DNA of 64,000 nucleotides from Camelus dromedarius. Taxonomy: Eukaryota. Of this stretch, positions 25,490-37,468 are shown one piece after another; the stretch's first letter is position 1, and every line of letters starts with the position of its first letter. The notes below the pieces were generated by a model, which saw only the letters and a program-made list of their open reading frames with translations, did not search any database and was not told the DNA's origin. The stretch is from contig NC_087437.1 of assembly GCF_036321535.1 (NCBI RefSeq), positions 56,050,001-56,114,000 on the forward strand. Direction: 5' to 3'. Made by a program: the position numbers and the translations under genes.

Positions 25490-26772
25490 GAATCTCCAAA
25501 GGGTTAAAAATATTTCCTCCTCAAGAGATTATCAATTATGTAGATCCAAGAAACTGTCTATCAGAATGGAAGTGAACAGGGAGGAGATGCATGATTTGTT
25601 CTGCTCTCAGAAACACTGCTGGTAAAACAGAAATTAGCACATGAACTCACATATCTTTGAAAGGACTTCTTCAACTTCATTGGCTCATCCGACCACACCC
25701 AGTAGTTCACCCACAGAGCTGCCCACGAGTGACTAACTCCGGTAATCAACTCACTGCAAAAAAACTGGGGCATGTTAACTATAGCTTCATCTTCTTTGAC
25801 CTCCAACCAGGAGCTGGGAGCAGGGGAATGATAAATGTTAGCATCAGCCATGAAGCAAGCTTAATTACAGAACCAAAGAAACTCACATTTTGAGGGTTAT
25901 CTCACAGTTATTTATTTGTATAGGACTGAAAATAAATATGCATTCCTTTTCCAGGCCTGAGAAAGGAAAATGCGCCCAAAATGTGTGACAGAACAATCAG
26001 CAGGACTGCCAGCCTCACATCTGAGCCTCCTGGGAAGACAGTGTTACAGGGACCAAAATCGACCACCCACGTTCTGCTCTGGGAACTAGCTTTAGTATAT
26101 CTTCAGCTGTCAGGTGCTCAGGGTCCCCTCTCTGCCTACTATTGACTGATTTCTGTAAGACCACCAAAAACTGTGCCACTCATTTAAAAGAAATCAGATT
26201 TATATCTAATACATGCCTCAGCAAATCCATCAGAAGGCACAAGCAAGTAGAAGACAAAGCCTGGAAAGGGTTCAGGCTTTCCCCTTTACTTCTTGCCCAA
26301 GATACTATGTTTAGTGAACTCCAGTACCTTAGCCAGGGCACTGGGAGTGAAGTTAGTTCCAGCTGCGATTTCCTGAATGCCACCGACAACTGCAAATCTC
26401 CAGAGACCTACCAACTATGCGGGCAGAGAATGTGCGGAATGAGCTGCAAAAGGCATTTGAATGATCTGCACATGGTATGTATTTTCGCCACCCCAGAAGT
26501 GCAGCCTGGTCCATTGTTTGGCATGACCAACCAACCCCAAAGCTGCCACTTCTTGACAGCTGTAGAAGGGACATTGATATATTGACATCGGAAGGCCGAA
26601 GAAGGAGAAAGGGTTAAGTTCAGAGCAACATGGATGGAGTGAGAGTGGGAGGTTGAGGAATACAGGCTAAATTCTCTCTGCTGAAGCACCTACAAAGATC
26701 TTCAAAATTGTAAATGTGGGGAAAATGTCAATATGCACTGTCTACCTCTGGCCACTATTTCAGGCAAGTTGA

Positions 26773-26795
26773 ACACACACACACACACACACACA
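26773..26795. repeat. (AC)11 microsatellite
   Basis: Read directly from the sequence. Confidence 0.95.
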
Positions 26796-27490
26796 GAAGG
26801 AGAGGATACCTGATGTGGAAATAACTCAGTCCAATACTTACCTTCAGAAACTGGAAGCTCTCTATCAAAGAAGAAAGAGTCAGCACTTTGGGAAGATACT
26901 TTTAGTGAGATTGCCTCACAGAGTCACCTCTTCCACGCATACCTTCTCTTTAACCTTTGATCTCCTCCCCACCCCACCCCATTTTTTTGTAAGTGCAGGT
27001 GGGGAAACGTAGAGGAATTTGTTTCAGAACAAGTCTACTTTTAACTCGGCTGTTCTGAGGACGCTTTCTTTTAATCTTCAAAGACAAGGTGCGGAGTAGA
27101 GTGTAAGAGAGATAAGGGAGGGGAGATGGAAGAGAAACGGGGGTGAAGTTAGACCAGGGCATGGAGCGAGAGATCTTACACCAGACCCGGCTCTGCCACC
27201 GTTCAGACATGAGCACTGAACGGGTACTTTAAACATCATCTTACCAGTGCAGTCCTCTTTTTGAAAGAGAAGTGGATGCCGAAAAGCTAATAGCTTGCCC
27301 ACGTTTATCTAGTGTTGGTTATAGAGCTCGGACCACCAGATGCCTAGATTCACGCACACGAGACAGAATCGTTAAAGGAGACCCACTCTGACCGGCTAGG
27401 AAGCAAAGCCACGGCCAGGAGACGGGAGCGGCAGGGAGTGCTCGAGAGCATCGCGGAGCCGCGGGGGCGTGAGGTGTGCGCTCTGGGTAC

Positions 27491-27964
27491 CTTGATGTAG
27501 GCCCGCTGCAGGTAGTTGTAGGGCACTCTGCGCTGGAAGTCGCTGCGCACATCCTCACTGGCGCGGTGGCGGGACGCGGGGCCCCCGAGGCGCTGGCTCT
27601 GGCAGCTGCGGTAGCAGCGCGCGCGCTCGAGCAGCGCGCGGAAGAAGGGCAGCTCGGCCCCGGGGCCGGCGCCCGGGGGCGCGAGCGGGCGGCGCGCGGT
27701 GCAGTGGCGGGCGCAGCGCGTGCAGATCTCCCTCAGGCGCCGGTGGCTGCGCAGAGCCGCCTCCAGGTCGCGCACGGCCAGCTCGTAGTCCCCGCCGTAG
27801 TAGGCGGCCACGCCGCTGGCGTAGAGCAGGTCGAAAGGCTGCAGAGGCCCGGGCTCAGGCTCCCGCTCCAGGCGCCGGCTGTCCGGGGGGCCGCCCCACA
27901 GCGGCGGCGGCAGCAGTAGCCAGGGCAGCAGCAGCGGCAGCGGCGCCCAGATGCGCTCCCGCAT
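27491..27964 (-). CDS. P3H2: Prolyl 3-hydroxylase 2 (leprecan-like 1), coding exon 1, 158 codons
   Basis: Translation MRERIWAPLPLLLPWLLLPPPLWGGPPDS...FDLLYASGVAAYYGGDY...CARHC...CYRSC...SDFQRRVPYNYLQRAYIK matches the P3H2/LEPREL1 N-terminus as I recall it (signal peptide, TPR-like segment, CXXXC motifs). ATG context AGG-ATG-C has A at -3. The exon is 474 nt and ends in phase 0 at AAG|GTACCC. Confidence 0.97.
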
Positions 27965-28150
27965 CCTCCGCCGCGGAGAGGCGCCGGCCGGCCACGCTCG
28001 CAGTCGGCTCGGGGCACCTGGCGTCCGGGCCCCGTCTCCCGGCTCCGTGGGCGACAGCACCGGCCCCGCCGCCAGCCGGCTGCCCTGTGAGGCTCAGGTG
28101 ACCAGCGGCGCTCGGCAGACTGAGAGGCGGAGGTCGGCTCGGCCGGCCGC

Positions 28151-28487
28151 TCTTAAAGCGACGCCCACAGCTCACACGCTCCTCCTGCTGCCCGAGCGTC
28201 CGCGGGCCGCTCCCCGGCGCTCAGCGCGCGCCCTGCAGCCTCCGGGCCTCGGCCGCCGGGAAGCCAGGGGCTGCACGCCCCAGCCCGTGCCAGGGAGCCA
28301 GCGCCGCTGGGGGCCACCCTGGGGCGGAGCGCCTGACGCGTGGGGTCCCTTGGAGGTGGCAGGATGGATACGACGACTCCCTTTTCAGAGAGGAAGAACA
28401 TCCGGCTTGGTGAGGTTAGGGCTCTCATCATTTTCTGGAATTCGCACGTGACCTCGCAGTTTGCAGAGTTTCTCACCTTTCCAGGAA
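28151..28487 (-). promoter_or_regulatory. P3H2 core/proximal promoter motifs
   Basis: TATA-like CTTTAAGA (minus, 28151-28158) implies a TSS near 28125. Also GC box GGGGCGGAGC (28321-28330), E-box CACGTG (28445-28450) and TTCCAGGAA GAS-like site (28479-28487). No upstream ATG between 27965 and 28150. Confidence 0.55.
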
Positions 28488-29749
28488 GCACGGAAGCTCC
28501 TTCGCGGGCTGTGGTGAAAGCCCCAGAGGGCCGACTGGGCCAGCTGGGAGGCTTGAGGAGAAAAATGATGGGTCCAAGTGTACAGAGCTGTGAAAAGGCA
28601 AAGGATGGACTCAGCCCTGGGCCTGGGGAGTCAAAGTTTACCGCCCCTTCTAAGGAAGGTCCCTCCCTTGCCTTCTCATCCCACTTTGTGTGAGTGTGTG
28701 TCTGTACATGGCGGCAGCCGGTAGGGGCAAGGAAACAATGAATAGCCCACCTTTCTGTGCAGACGAGGGTCTTACAGGACCCAGAGAATTGTTGGAGGAA
28801 GGAGTAGCTGGACTTCCGTCCTGCCTCTGTCAGTTTACCAACCGTGTGATGAGCCCCAGTTTCCTTATCTCGTACAAATGTCCCAACAACTCAGACGGTT
28901 TTCAGATATAAATTCCTATGGTAAGAGTTAACAAAGAGGCAGTTTAAGAAATCCAGCACCCCCAGGATTGAAGCAATGAGCACCAATCTAGGAATGGGAA
29001 AGCTGACAGAAATGGCTGCCAGACTCCACAGGACTAGCTGGAGGCTTTCCTGTTCCTCTGTCAGGAGTACCTTCTGAGCCAAGGTGTTCCCTTCTTTCCT
29101 GTTCCTTGGCTTCGCACTCACAAGGATTCCTGAGAGCTTATGCACTGGACCCTTATTCTGCAGCCTGCCTCCTGGAAGCATTCCTGTGGTCTCCTAGTGC
29201 TTGTGGCAATTCCACCAGAGTCTCCCTGGCCACTAAGATGGTGAGCGAGAGGGAAGGGCAACAGGAAAGAACACCTATCATGTAGTTGGTAGGACTTCCC
29301 CAAAGAAGGCTTTCGTGTGCAATCACCACTCTGCCCAGGAGGCTGTCAGAGTTTCATGCTCGTTCCTTTATTCATTTTGTTGGGTTTGACCAATCTGGCT
29401 ATAAACACCTTGGCTCTGTAACTCCAAGGGCCCCCAAAGAATCATGCTTATATTACTTTTCTCCACCAAACCTCACTCATTTGGTTTATCTCACTGATGC
29501 AACAGCTCCACTTTGGAGTTGAGTATGTACTGAACACTTGGGATGTTCAGTATTCCAGAATTTGCACTTGGGTCATCTGCCTAGACTTTTGCTATAAGTT
29601 TTGTCTCTCTTTTCAGATAAAGACTTTGGAGTCCAGAGTTACTAATCTACTTGTGGAAGGTTTTGAAGCACGCTGGCTAGGGAGTCCTGCTGTGAGACTG
29701 AGGGCAAAGTGCCAGGATGCTTTATGACATTTCCACATCATTTAATATA

Positions 29750-30010
29750 TGTCAATTAAATTTATATCTGTGGATATCTACTGTCAAAATAGGTATTCCA
29801 GGGGAAAGGGGAGATGAATAAGCCAGAATCCTTATCCCTGGGAACGCACAATGTTGTGTAGGAGACAAACATGACGCACAGGACTGCAATACAAAGTAGA
29901 AGCTGTACCTGTTACACTGAATTCAAAGTGCTGTAAAAATGCAGAGCCTGCAAAGATGGCTTCTGGTAGAAGGATCTAAGAAAACTTAGGGGAAGAAGTG
30001 GCATTGGCAT
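29750..30010 (-). mobile_element. L2 fragment
   Basis: GAGATGAATAAG...CCTTATCCCTGGGAACGCACAATG...GGAGACAAACA resembles the antisense L2 3' region. Confidence 0.6.
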
Positions 30011-30149
30011 CGAATCAAAAGCTTACAGGTTGTAGCCATACCAAACTTTCTGCTAATCCCCAAACTGCCATGTGCTTTCAAACCTTCTGCATGTCCTAGT
30101 ACCTTATCTCCCTCTGCACAAACCCTGTGTGACTTTATAGAAAGCATTC

Positions 30150-31193
30150 AATTGCCATCTCAAGTTTGCTTGAACATTGGACTCATCTAAGAAGGCAAAA
30201 ATACTGATATCTGCTTCCCACTCAGAGAGATTCTGATTTAATTGGTCTGGGGTATGGCCTGAGCACTGAGATTTTTAAATTTCCTTTAAGTGATTCTGAT
30301 ATGAAGCCAAGATTGAGAACCATAGGTCTTGAGTCAATGCCATTGCCCAAAGAGTAAGTCTATGAGTTAGGACTCAAGGTGCCATGGAGGATTCATGAGT
30401 CTGAGATGTGCCATCCTTCAGATCTCCCCTCCCCAAGAAGGACAATCTGATCTGCCTTTTCAGGCTGAATCAGAACAAGAGTTCAGGACCATATGGTGAT
30501 AAGAGCCATGCAGACAGAGAAGTTGATTCCAGGCAATACTCTGCCCGATGGTATCAACTCTGTGTTGAGAAATTAGTCTTCCCTGGGTCTTTCTCATTCC
30601 TGAATGTCTTTCTGGGTGTGCCAAAATCCACTTATTTGCCTGGGCCATTTCCTAGACAACTGGGTTCCATCTCAGAGTTTCTGATGCACTAAGCCTAGGG
30701 TGGAGCCCCAAAATGTGCCTTTCTAACAGGTTCCTTGGTGATGCTGAGGCTCTTGGAACAAGAATCATACTTTGAGAACCACTTCATCAATACAATTCTT
30801 TATGAACAGTGGTTCTTAAGCTTTGTTGTGTATTTAAAAACTAATAATAATAATAATAATAGTATAATAATAATAAAAACCACAGAGGCTCTGGCCTTGT
30901 AATTGAATCAAGTCTGGGCCTTTATGTTTTTACCAAGTTCCCCAGTGGTTTTGCTACCCACCAAAGTTGGAGAACTACTGCTTTAGGTAGTGACTTTTTC
31001 ATCCCAGGGGACATTTGACGATGTCTGGAGGTGTTGTTGGTTTTTCACAACCAGGGGAGAGAGTACAGTTGAACTACAGGCATCTAACAGGTAGAGGCCC
31101 GTGATGGTGCCAACCATCCCTTGACGACCAGGACAGCCTCCCACAGCAACTACCATCCTAAAGCATCAACAGTGCACAAGCTGAAGAACCCTG
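30150..31193. mobile_element. Cluster of hAT-Charlie MITEs: MER5-like x3 (~30150-30325, ~30620-30785, ~30807-30981) and MER20 (~30990-31193)
   Basis: GATTCTGATTTAATTGGTCTGGGG, TTTGAGAACCACT and CAGTGGTTCT termini; MER20 motifs GGGGACATTTG and GTAGAGGCC...AGGACAGCC. Confidence 0.8.
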
Positions 31194-34100
31194 GGAAGAA
31201 CATAGTTTGAGCACTACAAGTCTCACTCAATTCTCTTATTTTACAAATGAGGAAACAGGCCCACAGGCCACATAGATGGGCAGTGGCAGGAGCAGTATGC
31301 TTAATTTTATATGCCAAAATATAAAACATGTATGCTGAATGCCGTGGAGCACTGGCTGATAGTAGCTTTGCAAAAAAAGAAAAAAAATTTTAAGAGAAAG
31401 AAAACAAAAATACATAAAAGTAAGAAAAAAAGAAATGACGATTTGAGAAAAGGGGCCATCGGAAGTATAAGATGTTGAAATTGCTGCTAAGATGGATATG
31501 AACTGGGAGCCTGCAATTTCGCTTTTATTCCCCATTCCTTGCAAATTCAGAGACCAGCCAAAGCACAGGAGAATCCATCCAAAAGCTTTAAAAGAGATCC
31601 AATCACTTCCTTTTTTATTATATTTGGAATGAATCTTGACAGGAGCTTGAATTTCCTTTTGACTTCTGTTTGCAAGTCAACAGCACCATCGCACCCCTTG
31701 CTTTAGGGAACCTCTAGCAGGAAGGAATTCGGAAGACAAGATCTTCAAATCCTTCGTTATTTTCCCCAAATCAGCCTAGGTTTTCAAAACTGACTTCTGT
31801 CTTCCCTGCAAAATCCCGATGGAACAATAAAAAGCATGCTCAGACTTCGGCAGGAGACTCCATGGACACTTTCCGTAAGCAAATCTAACATTAGTTTATT
31901 TTGATCATGTGTAACCAGGGCTCTCGTTTGCCCCAAACGGCTTTGATTCTCTTGAAATGAAAGGAATGATTCTCACTATGCAACAACCCCGGGCCTGTTC
32001 AGCTGCTGTTGATGCTGGCGACAGGGGAGCTATTTCGAAGACTTTTTTTTCCTATTCGAATAGATCATCTGAAGACTTTTTTTTCCTCCAAATAAATTAG
32101 TGTGAAAGGCAAGCCACCAGCAATCTGTCAACAGAAGAGAGAGGGAGAAAAAGGCCTCCCTGGAGGAAGAGGGTTTTTTTGTTTGTTTGCTTTTGTTTTT
32201 TTTTTTTTTTTAGAAAAATTAATATTTGACTTACATTTCAAATCAAACAGGAGCTACCACATTCCAGAACTGTCTGTTCCTTTCCAATTTCCTTAATAGC
32301 TCTGTCCCTGGGCTTACCTTAATTCCTGATGGAGCTTTAAAATTCCAAATCAAATAAAACATTTGCAAGCACTCTGGCCCCACACTCCTTTCATGGAGGC
32401 ATTCCAACTTCATCCCTCAGAGACTCAGATCTTAGTTGAAAAAGAAAAAAAAAAGTGAGATAAAGAATGGTCATTATTCCCCACATCATTTTAGCTAAAA
32501 ACACAATTTAGATTGAAATCCCGAGATCAGTGGGCCTATCCAAATCCTAAGGGTGGGGTATCTGGCCAGTTCCTTTTACCAACTTTTTAGTCATGTAACT
32601 TGCAAGGATCTCTCTGAGTAAGGTATTCGCATTCTAATTTTACCGATGAGAAAAGTGAAGCTTATAAAAGAGGGGTGACTTTGCCAAAAGTTAGTTTGCA
32701 AGTTACAGGACCAGGACTGAAGGCTATTTAGTCTTTCTCCCACTGCTGTACACTACCTCTTTCTAGGCCTAAAATATCTCATAGCTCCTGTCAAAATTCT
32801 GCTTTGGTTAAACTTGTACAGACCACATTTTTTCTTTAGTTAGCAACTTGGTTTTATGTTCCTCATTCACCTAGAGTCACAGACTCATAAAATTTTTCTG
32901 CAGAATAAATATAGACAGGGTGTGTGTATGTGTGTGTAAAACCATGTGTATTGGACAGAGGCTAAATACGACTGTGAACTCATCTTGATGAGTGATGCAA
33001 TGCCTGTAGAAACAGTCATGACCATGAGAGAAAATAAATTTAATTCATTCCTACATTAGAGATGCCAGACCACTGTGCATGGATGCAAAGAAAAACCTTA
33101 CCCATCAGAAATTCTGAGACAGATGACTCCGTATACACGAGTGAGCTATTATTCTGAGATTACCCTCATGCCCTGCTTATCTTTGCGACTCCCTTCCCAC
33201 CTCCATCCCTGAGTTCTTCACGTGAGACCCCACGTTGCAGGCTCGGCCCTGCTGCAGTAATTGGAGGAGGCTTTCTCCCATGGCCACATCAGCTCCACTG
33301 TTCTTCTACTGGCCTGCTCTGCCCTTGAAATCTGGTTTAGAAACTGAACCCATGTCTCCTCCTGTTTGAAGATATGAGGGTTGATAATTAATCACTTCTC
33401 TTTTTCCAACTTCAACTTTGCAGCCACTTGAGTAGACCTAGAAATGGAAGCAATAAGTACCCAAATATTATCTTTATTGCTGAAAAGCAGATTTAGAGGC
33501 TATGGGTTTTAATATGCAGTAAGTGGTCTTTCTATTCCTTCTGTCACCCACACTGTCAAATCAAACTTATCTGCCTACGTTCAGGCCGAGCTGGGGAAAT
33601 TCTGTACTATTAATCTAGAAATTTTCTCATCAAGACAAATAATGAGAATTGAAGCTCCACTTCAAACATTCTCCTTAAATAAATATTCACCCCACTTTTT
33701 CTGAAATGGGGCCCCACTTGTTCCTGCTTGCTCTGAGACTGTTTTTAAACCAAGCCCCTTTTCCCAGCTTTCTGATATCATGAACACCAGTAAGCTGTCT
33801 GGACCAGCACCCAGTTCTTGCTGACAGCAGCCTTGGGAGTGAGCTTTAGCTGTCTGCTATGGCACCGACTTTCTCCTCTCACAGCCACCCCAGAGGCTGA
33901 CTGCTTTGCTATTGGACACCTGGCTGAATTTCCTCCTATTGCTTGCTGATTCTGTATTTCTAAGTCTCGCCCCCCAAAGTGTTTCCTATCTGTTGGCAGA
34001 CCTCCCTTCTGCATCTGGTCTACCTTGATTATGACTAGTTGCCTCTGTATGTGGTCTGGCTTACTTGTGACTGGCTCCCAGGCTGATGCTGGGGCGTGTC

Positions 34101-34656
34101 CTGGCTCTAGCACAGCTGTAGGTGTTCTCATCTCGCTGGCCTCAGCTTCATGGGGAAAGGATGGAGAAGATCACTTCAAAATGAAACATACCCATTTCCA
34201 GCAAAAACATAGGCTGTTGCAGTTTCCACATTTTGTTGGGGACCTTGCTAGAGAGCTAAGTGTAGAGAACATAGGAAGAAATATAAAGAAATCAATTTTT
34301 TGGTAGAGAATTTACATTAACGTCTCTCATAGTGTTAAATTTTCATCTTTGTTCAGTTTCCATCATTGAGGATTCTGAGTTGGAAACATTTTGTGATTTT
34401 ATTTCATCCTTGGAGTTGGCAGTTGGGGAGAATCTAAGGACATATGATTATACAAAGTTTACCAAAAATGAAATTTGGGCAGAAAACGTTAAAAATTCAC
34501 AGAGGAAATAAGCCAGGGTGTCAGGACTTGAACCTGAGTCCAGAGCCCACTTCACTGAAGCTCTCTTCCTCCTCCTGTTAGGGTCTCTAGACAGGAATTT
34601 CTGTTAGTACCTGCTGAGAGAGCCTTTGTTCTAGCCAACTTCTCCAGCCTTCCTCT

Positions 34657-35177
34657 TTAAAAAACAAACAAACAAACAAAAAAACACCTTTATTGTGGTA
34701 TGGTTCCTGTACAGTAAACTACTCATATTTCAGATGTACAATTTGATGAATTGTGATAGATGTTTGCACCAATGAGACCACCACCACAATCAAGATGGCT
34801 AACATTTCCATCACTCCCCAGGAGGTACAATTTTCAGATTCCCAATTTATCCCTTCACACCCCCTCTACCCCCTGGTAACCATAAGTTTATTCTCTATGT
34901 CTGTGAGTCTGTTTTTATTTTGTAGGTAAGTTCACTTGTGACCTTTTCTTTAGGACACAAAAAATCATATGGTATTTTTCTTTCTCTTTCTAACTTACTT
35001 CAGTTAGAATGACAATCATCTCCAGGTCTATCCATGTTCCTGCAAATGGCATTGTTTTATTCTTTGTTATGGCTGAGCAGTATTCTATTGTATAAATATA
35101 CCACAACTTCTTTATCCAGTCATCTGTCAATGGACATTTGGGTTGTTTCCGTGTCTTGGCTATTGTGAATAGTGCTG
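34657..35177 (-). mobile_element. Chimeric L1: young-type ORF2 end/3'UTR joined to an old L1M-type 3' terminus
   Basis: 34835-35177 resembles the L1s at 53 kb and 63 kb, while 34660-34820 resembles an old L1MB/ME-type tail. The whole unit is flanked by TCCAGCCTTccTCT / TCCAGCCTTatTCT. Confidence 0.75.
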
Positions 35178-37468
35178 TCCAGCCTTATTCTGGTAACCTA
35201 CAGACTCAGCTTCTGGTGGGATCACAGAGAAATAAAAAAAAAGCCAACTATTTGGGCAATAAAACCTCAGCTACTAAGACCCCTTGAATTCTAGAGCTGG
35301 GTGTCTCCCTCTCTCATTATTGTAGTCTGCTGTGCCCACACTTATCACCATTTCCCTCTTTTGGGACCATCTCCAACAAGGTCCACATCATAACTAGTCC
35401 CGCCTGTGGTACCCTGCAGGCTGGCATCCGTGCTTCTCCGCATAGCATTTAGAAGTGCCTCTGCCAGGACTGCTGAGCCTTCTCTGCGGTTCTGTTCTCT
35501 AGAGTCTGATAGGCAACAGCAGCCTTCCCAACCTGCTGGAGGACGAGGTCGCTCCAAGTCTCAAGGAGATGTACAGTTTTTCCCACCCTAACCCCAGAAA
35601 TTTCAGCATCTTATTAACAGCTTTGTCTGTGGCAAATCTAGGAAAAATTCATTCTGAGGTAATAAACGTATAATATATAATTTAAATATATATTTATTTA
35701 AATATATATAAAAATCCATGCCCAATCTTTTACCAAAATTTGATTTGTAGACCCAAAGATTAATAACCCATATGATTTACTACCAACTATAGAGTAATAG
35801 AGTAAAAGAAAATTAGGAAAGAGGCAACATATGCTATATATATGTTCACATATACACACATATGGAAAAAAAAAACTTGAAAGGAAAGAGAAACAATTTT
35901 GATTTCCTTTTAAATAAAGAAAAGTGTCCTCTGAAGAATTTTTCCATCTGTTCAATAAAACTTTGTGGTCCAAATAAAATTATCAGAGCTGAAGTACCAA
36001 AAGTAAATGTTTTTTAAAAAATAGATTATTTTGCTTATCACGGTGATTTTAAGGAATTCATTCAAACAAAAACATTGGTAGAACCCATAAAACTCACCAA
36101 TGTGGCTCTGCTGGAGAACTTGTCATTCATCATACCTGAATACTTCAGGTTCTGACGTCACTGCTCATTTTGGCTCCCCTGAAAATAGACTCCAGCTTCC
36201 TGATTACCTGACCACCTGTTCCTCCTCACCAGCCTGGCTGGGTGCCTGCCTGCGGTTTCTTTAACCATAGTGCTCCATATATCAGCCCACTCCTGCTGGT
36301 TCTCTTCCAAATTACCTTTCATGAGCAGGATCTGACCGTGTGCAGATTATCCAAATGGAAATTTATTCAGAGAGATCATCATCCTCTTAATTTCTTGAAA
36401 AGAAAAAGACCAACTGGATCTTAACACTGTCCATGTTCTAGAAAATGCTATTTGGATGAGTGAATGGAATGAATATATTTCGAAAGAGACAGGCACATAA
36501 AATAAGCAGCACCGGAAACCAGAATGCCCTGGATCTGCCTCTGGCTCTACCAAGAGCCAGTGTGATGCCCTAAGCAAGACGCCTTTACCCCCATCAGTAA
36601 AGGAAGCTGTGGAGCCAGACTTCTGAGGTCCACTCCAACTCTAAGCAATTTCTGGTTCTTTTATTTCAAAAATGTAATGTTATCACATTCTGGGTGGTTT
36701 CCCAAAGAATTACTCCCATCTTCCTATATTTAGCTCTGGGATAAAGTTAAACTTTGATTCTCAAGCAAATTTTCTAGCTCCCTGTGAGGTCATTAAAAGT
36801 CTCATCTTACTCAAGGCTTGTTGATTTTGCCTTGAAATATCAGCCAGCCTTAGCCAGTAGAGCAGGAACCTGGCACTATTGTTCTGAGGCAACCCATCGC
36901 GTTGTAACAGTCCCAGGCACCGCAGAGTCGATCCAGATGCCCCCACCCCTTGGGTAAACTCCCCGCTTCCGTCTTCCCAGCATATGCATTCTCCTTCTCT
37001 CTGCCTCTCCCCACAGGGAAGAATCATGAAGAGAATCCGGGATCAAGGGGAAATAATGTGCATCGGTACAGCTACTCCGGTCTCCCATCCCACTTGATAA
37101 ATGGAGACAGTAAGACCCAAATGCAGTGATGAAGTGGCTCAACTGAGAAAACTGTGGTAAATAATTGGTCAAGTCAGTATCTTAACTCTCTTAACTCCTC
37201 TCTTCCATCGAATTTTATCCCCTTATCACCCTACCCTTGGAAAAGGTCAGAATGTAAATAGTACACTGACTTGGACCAATTTACTTCTCAAGGAAGGAGC
37301 AATTTATACTTACGATTTCATTTATTATCTCCAGACCACTTGCAAATTTTTAATCAGAACTTTTAAGGAACTGTATATATATATATATATACACATATGC
37401 TTCAAAACTTTTTAGAAGACTCTTTCCTTTTAGTTTCAATGATGTAAGTTAAATAAATAAAATCTTCA

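Larger units (their letters stand above)
1..27490 (-). other. P3H2: P3H2 intron 1 (5' portion; continues beyond window start)
   Basis: GT donor at 27490-27489. No continuation of the P3H2 protein (expected LNQLEKAV...) was found in the ORF track or by eye. Confidence 0.85.
27350..28520. promoter_or_regulatory. CpG island covering P3H2 promoter, 5'UTR and exon 1
   Basis: Abrupt rise in GC and CpG density compared with the CpG-depleted flanks. Confidence 0.95.

Noticed and set aside
26142..26585. 147-aa plus-strand ORF in intron 1
   Set aside because: TTG start, no recognisable domain, and a length compatible with chance.
27350..28060. 236-aa ORF as the full P3H2 product
   Set aside because: It starts at a GTG in weak context in the 5'UTR and reads through the donor into the intron; only 27964-27491 matches P3H2.
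27476..28693. Overlapping 94-166 aa ORFs on both strands in the CpG island
   Set aside because: Stop-codon scarcity in GC-rich DNA explains them; most have non-ATG starts and low-complexity Ala/Arg/Gly/Pro content.
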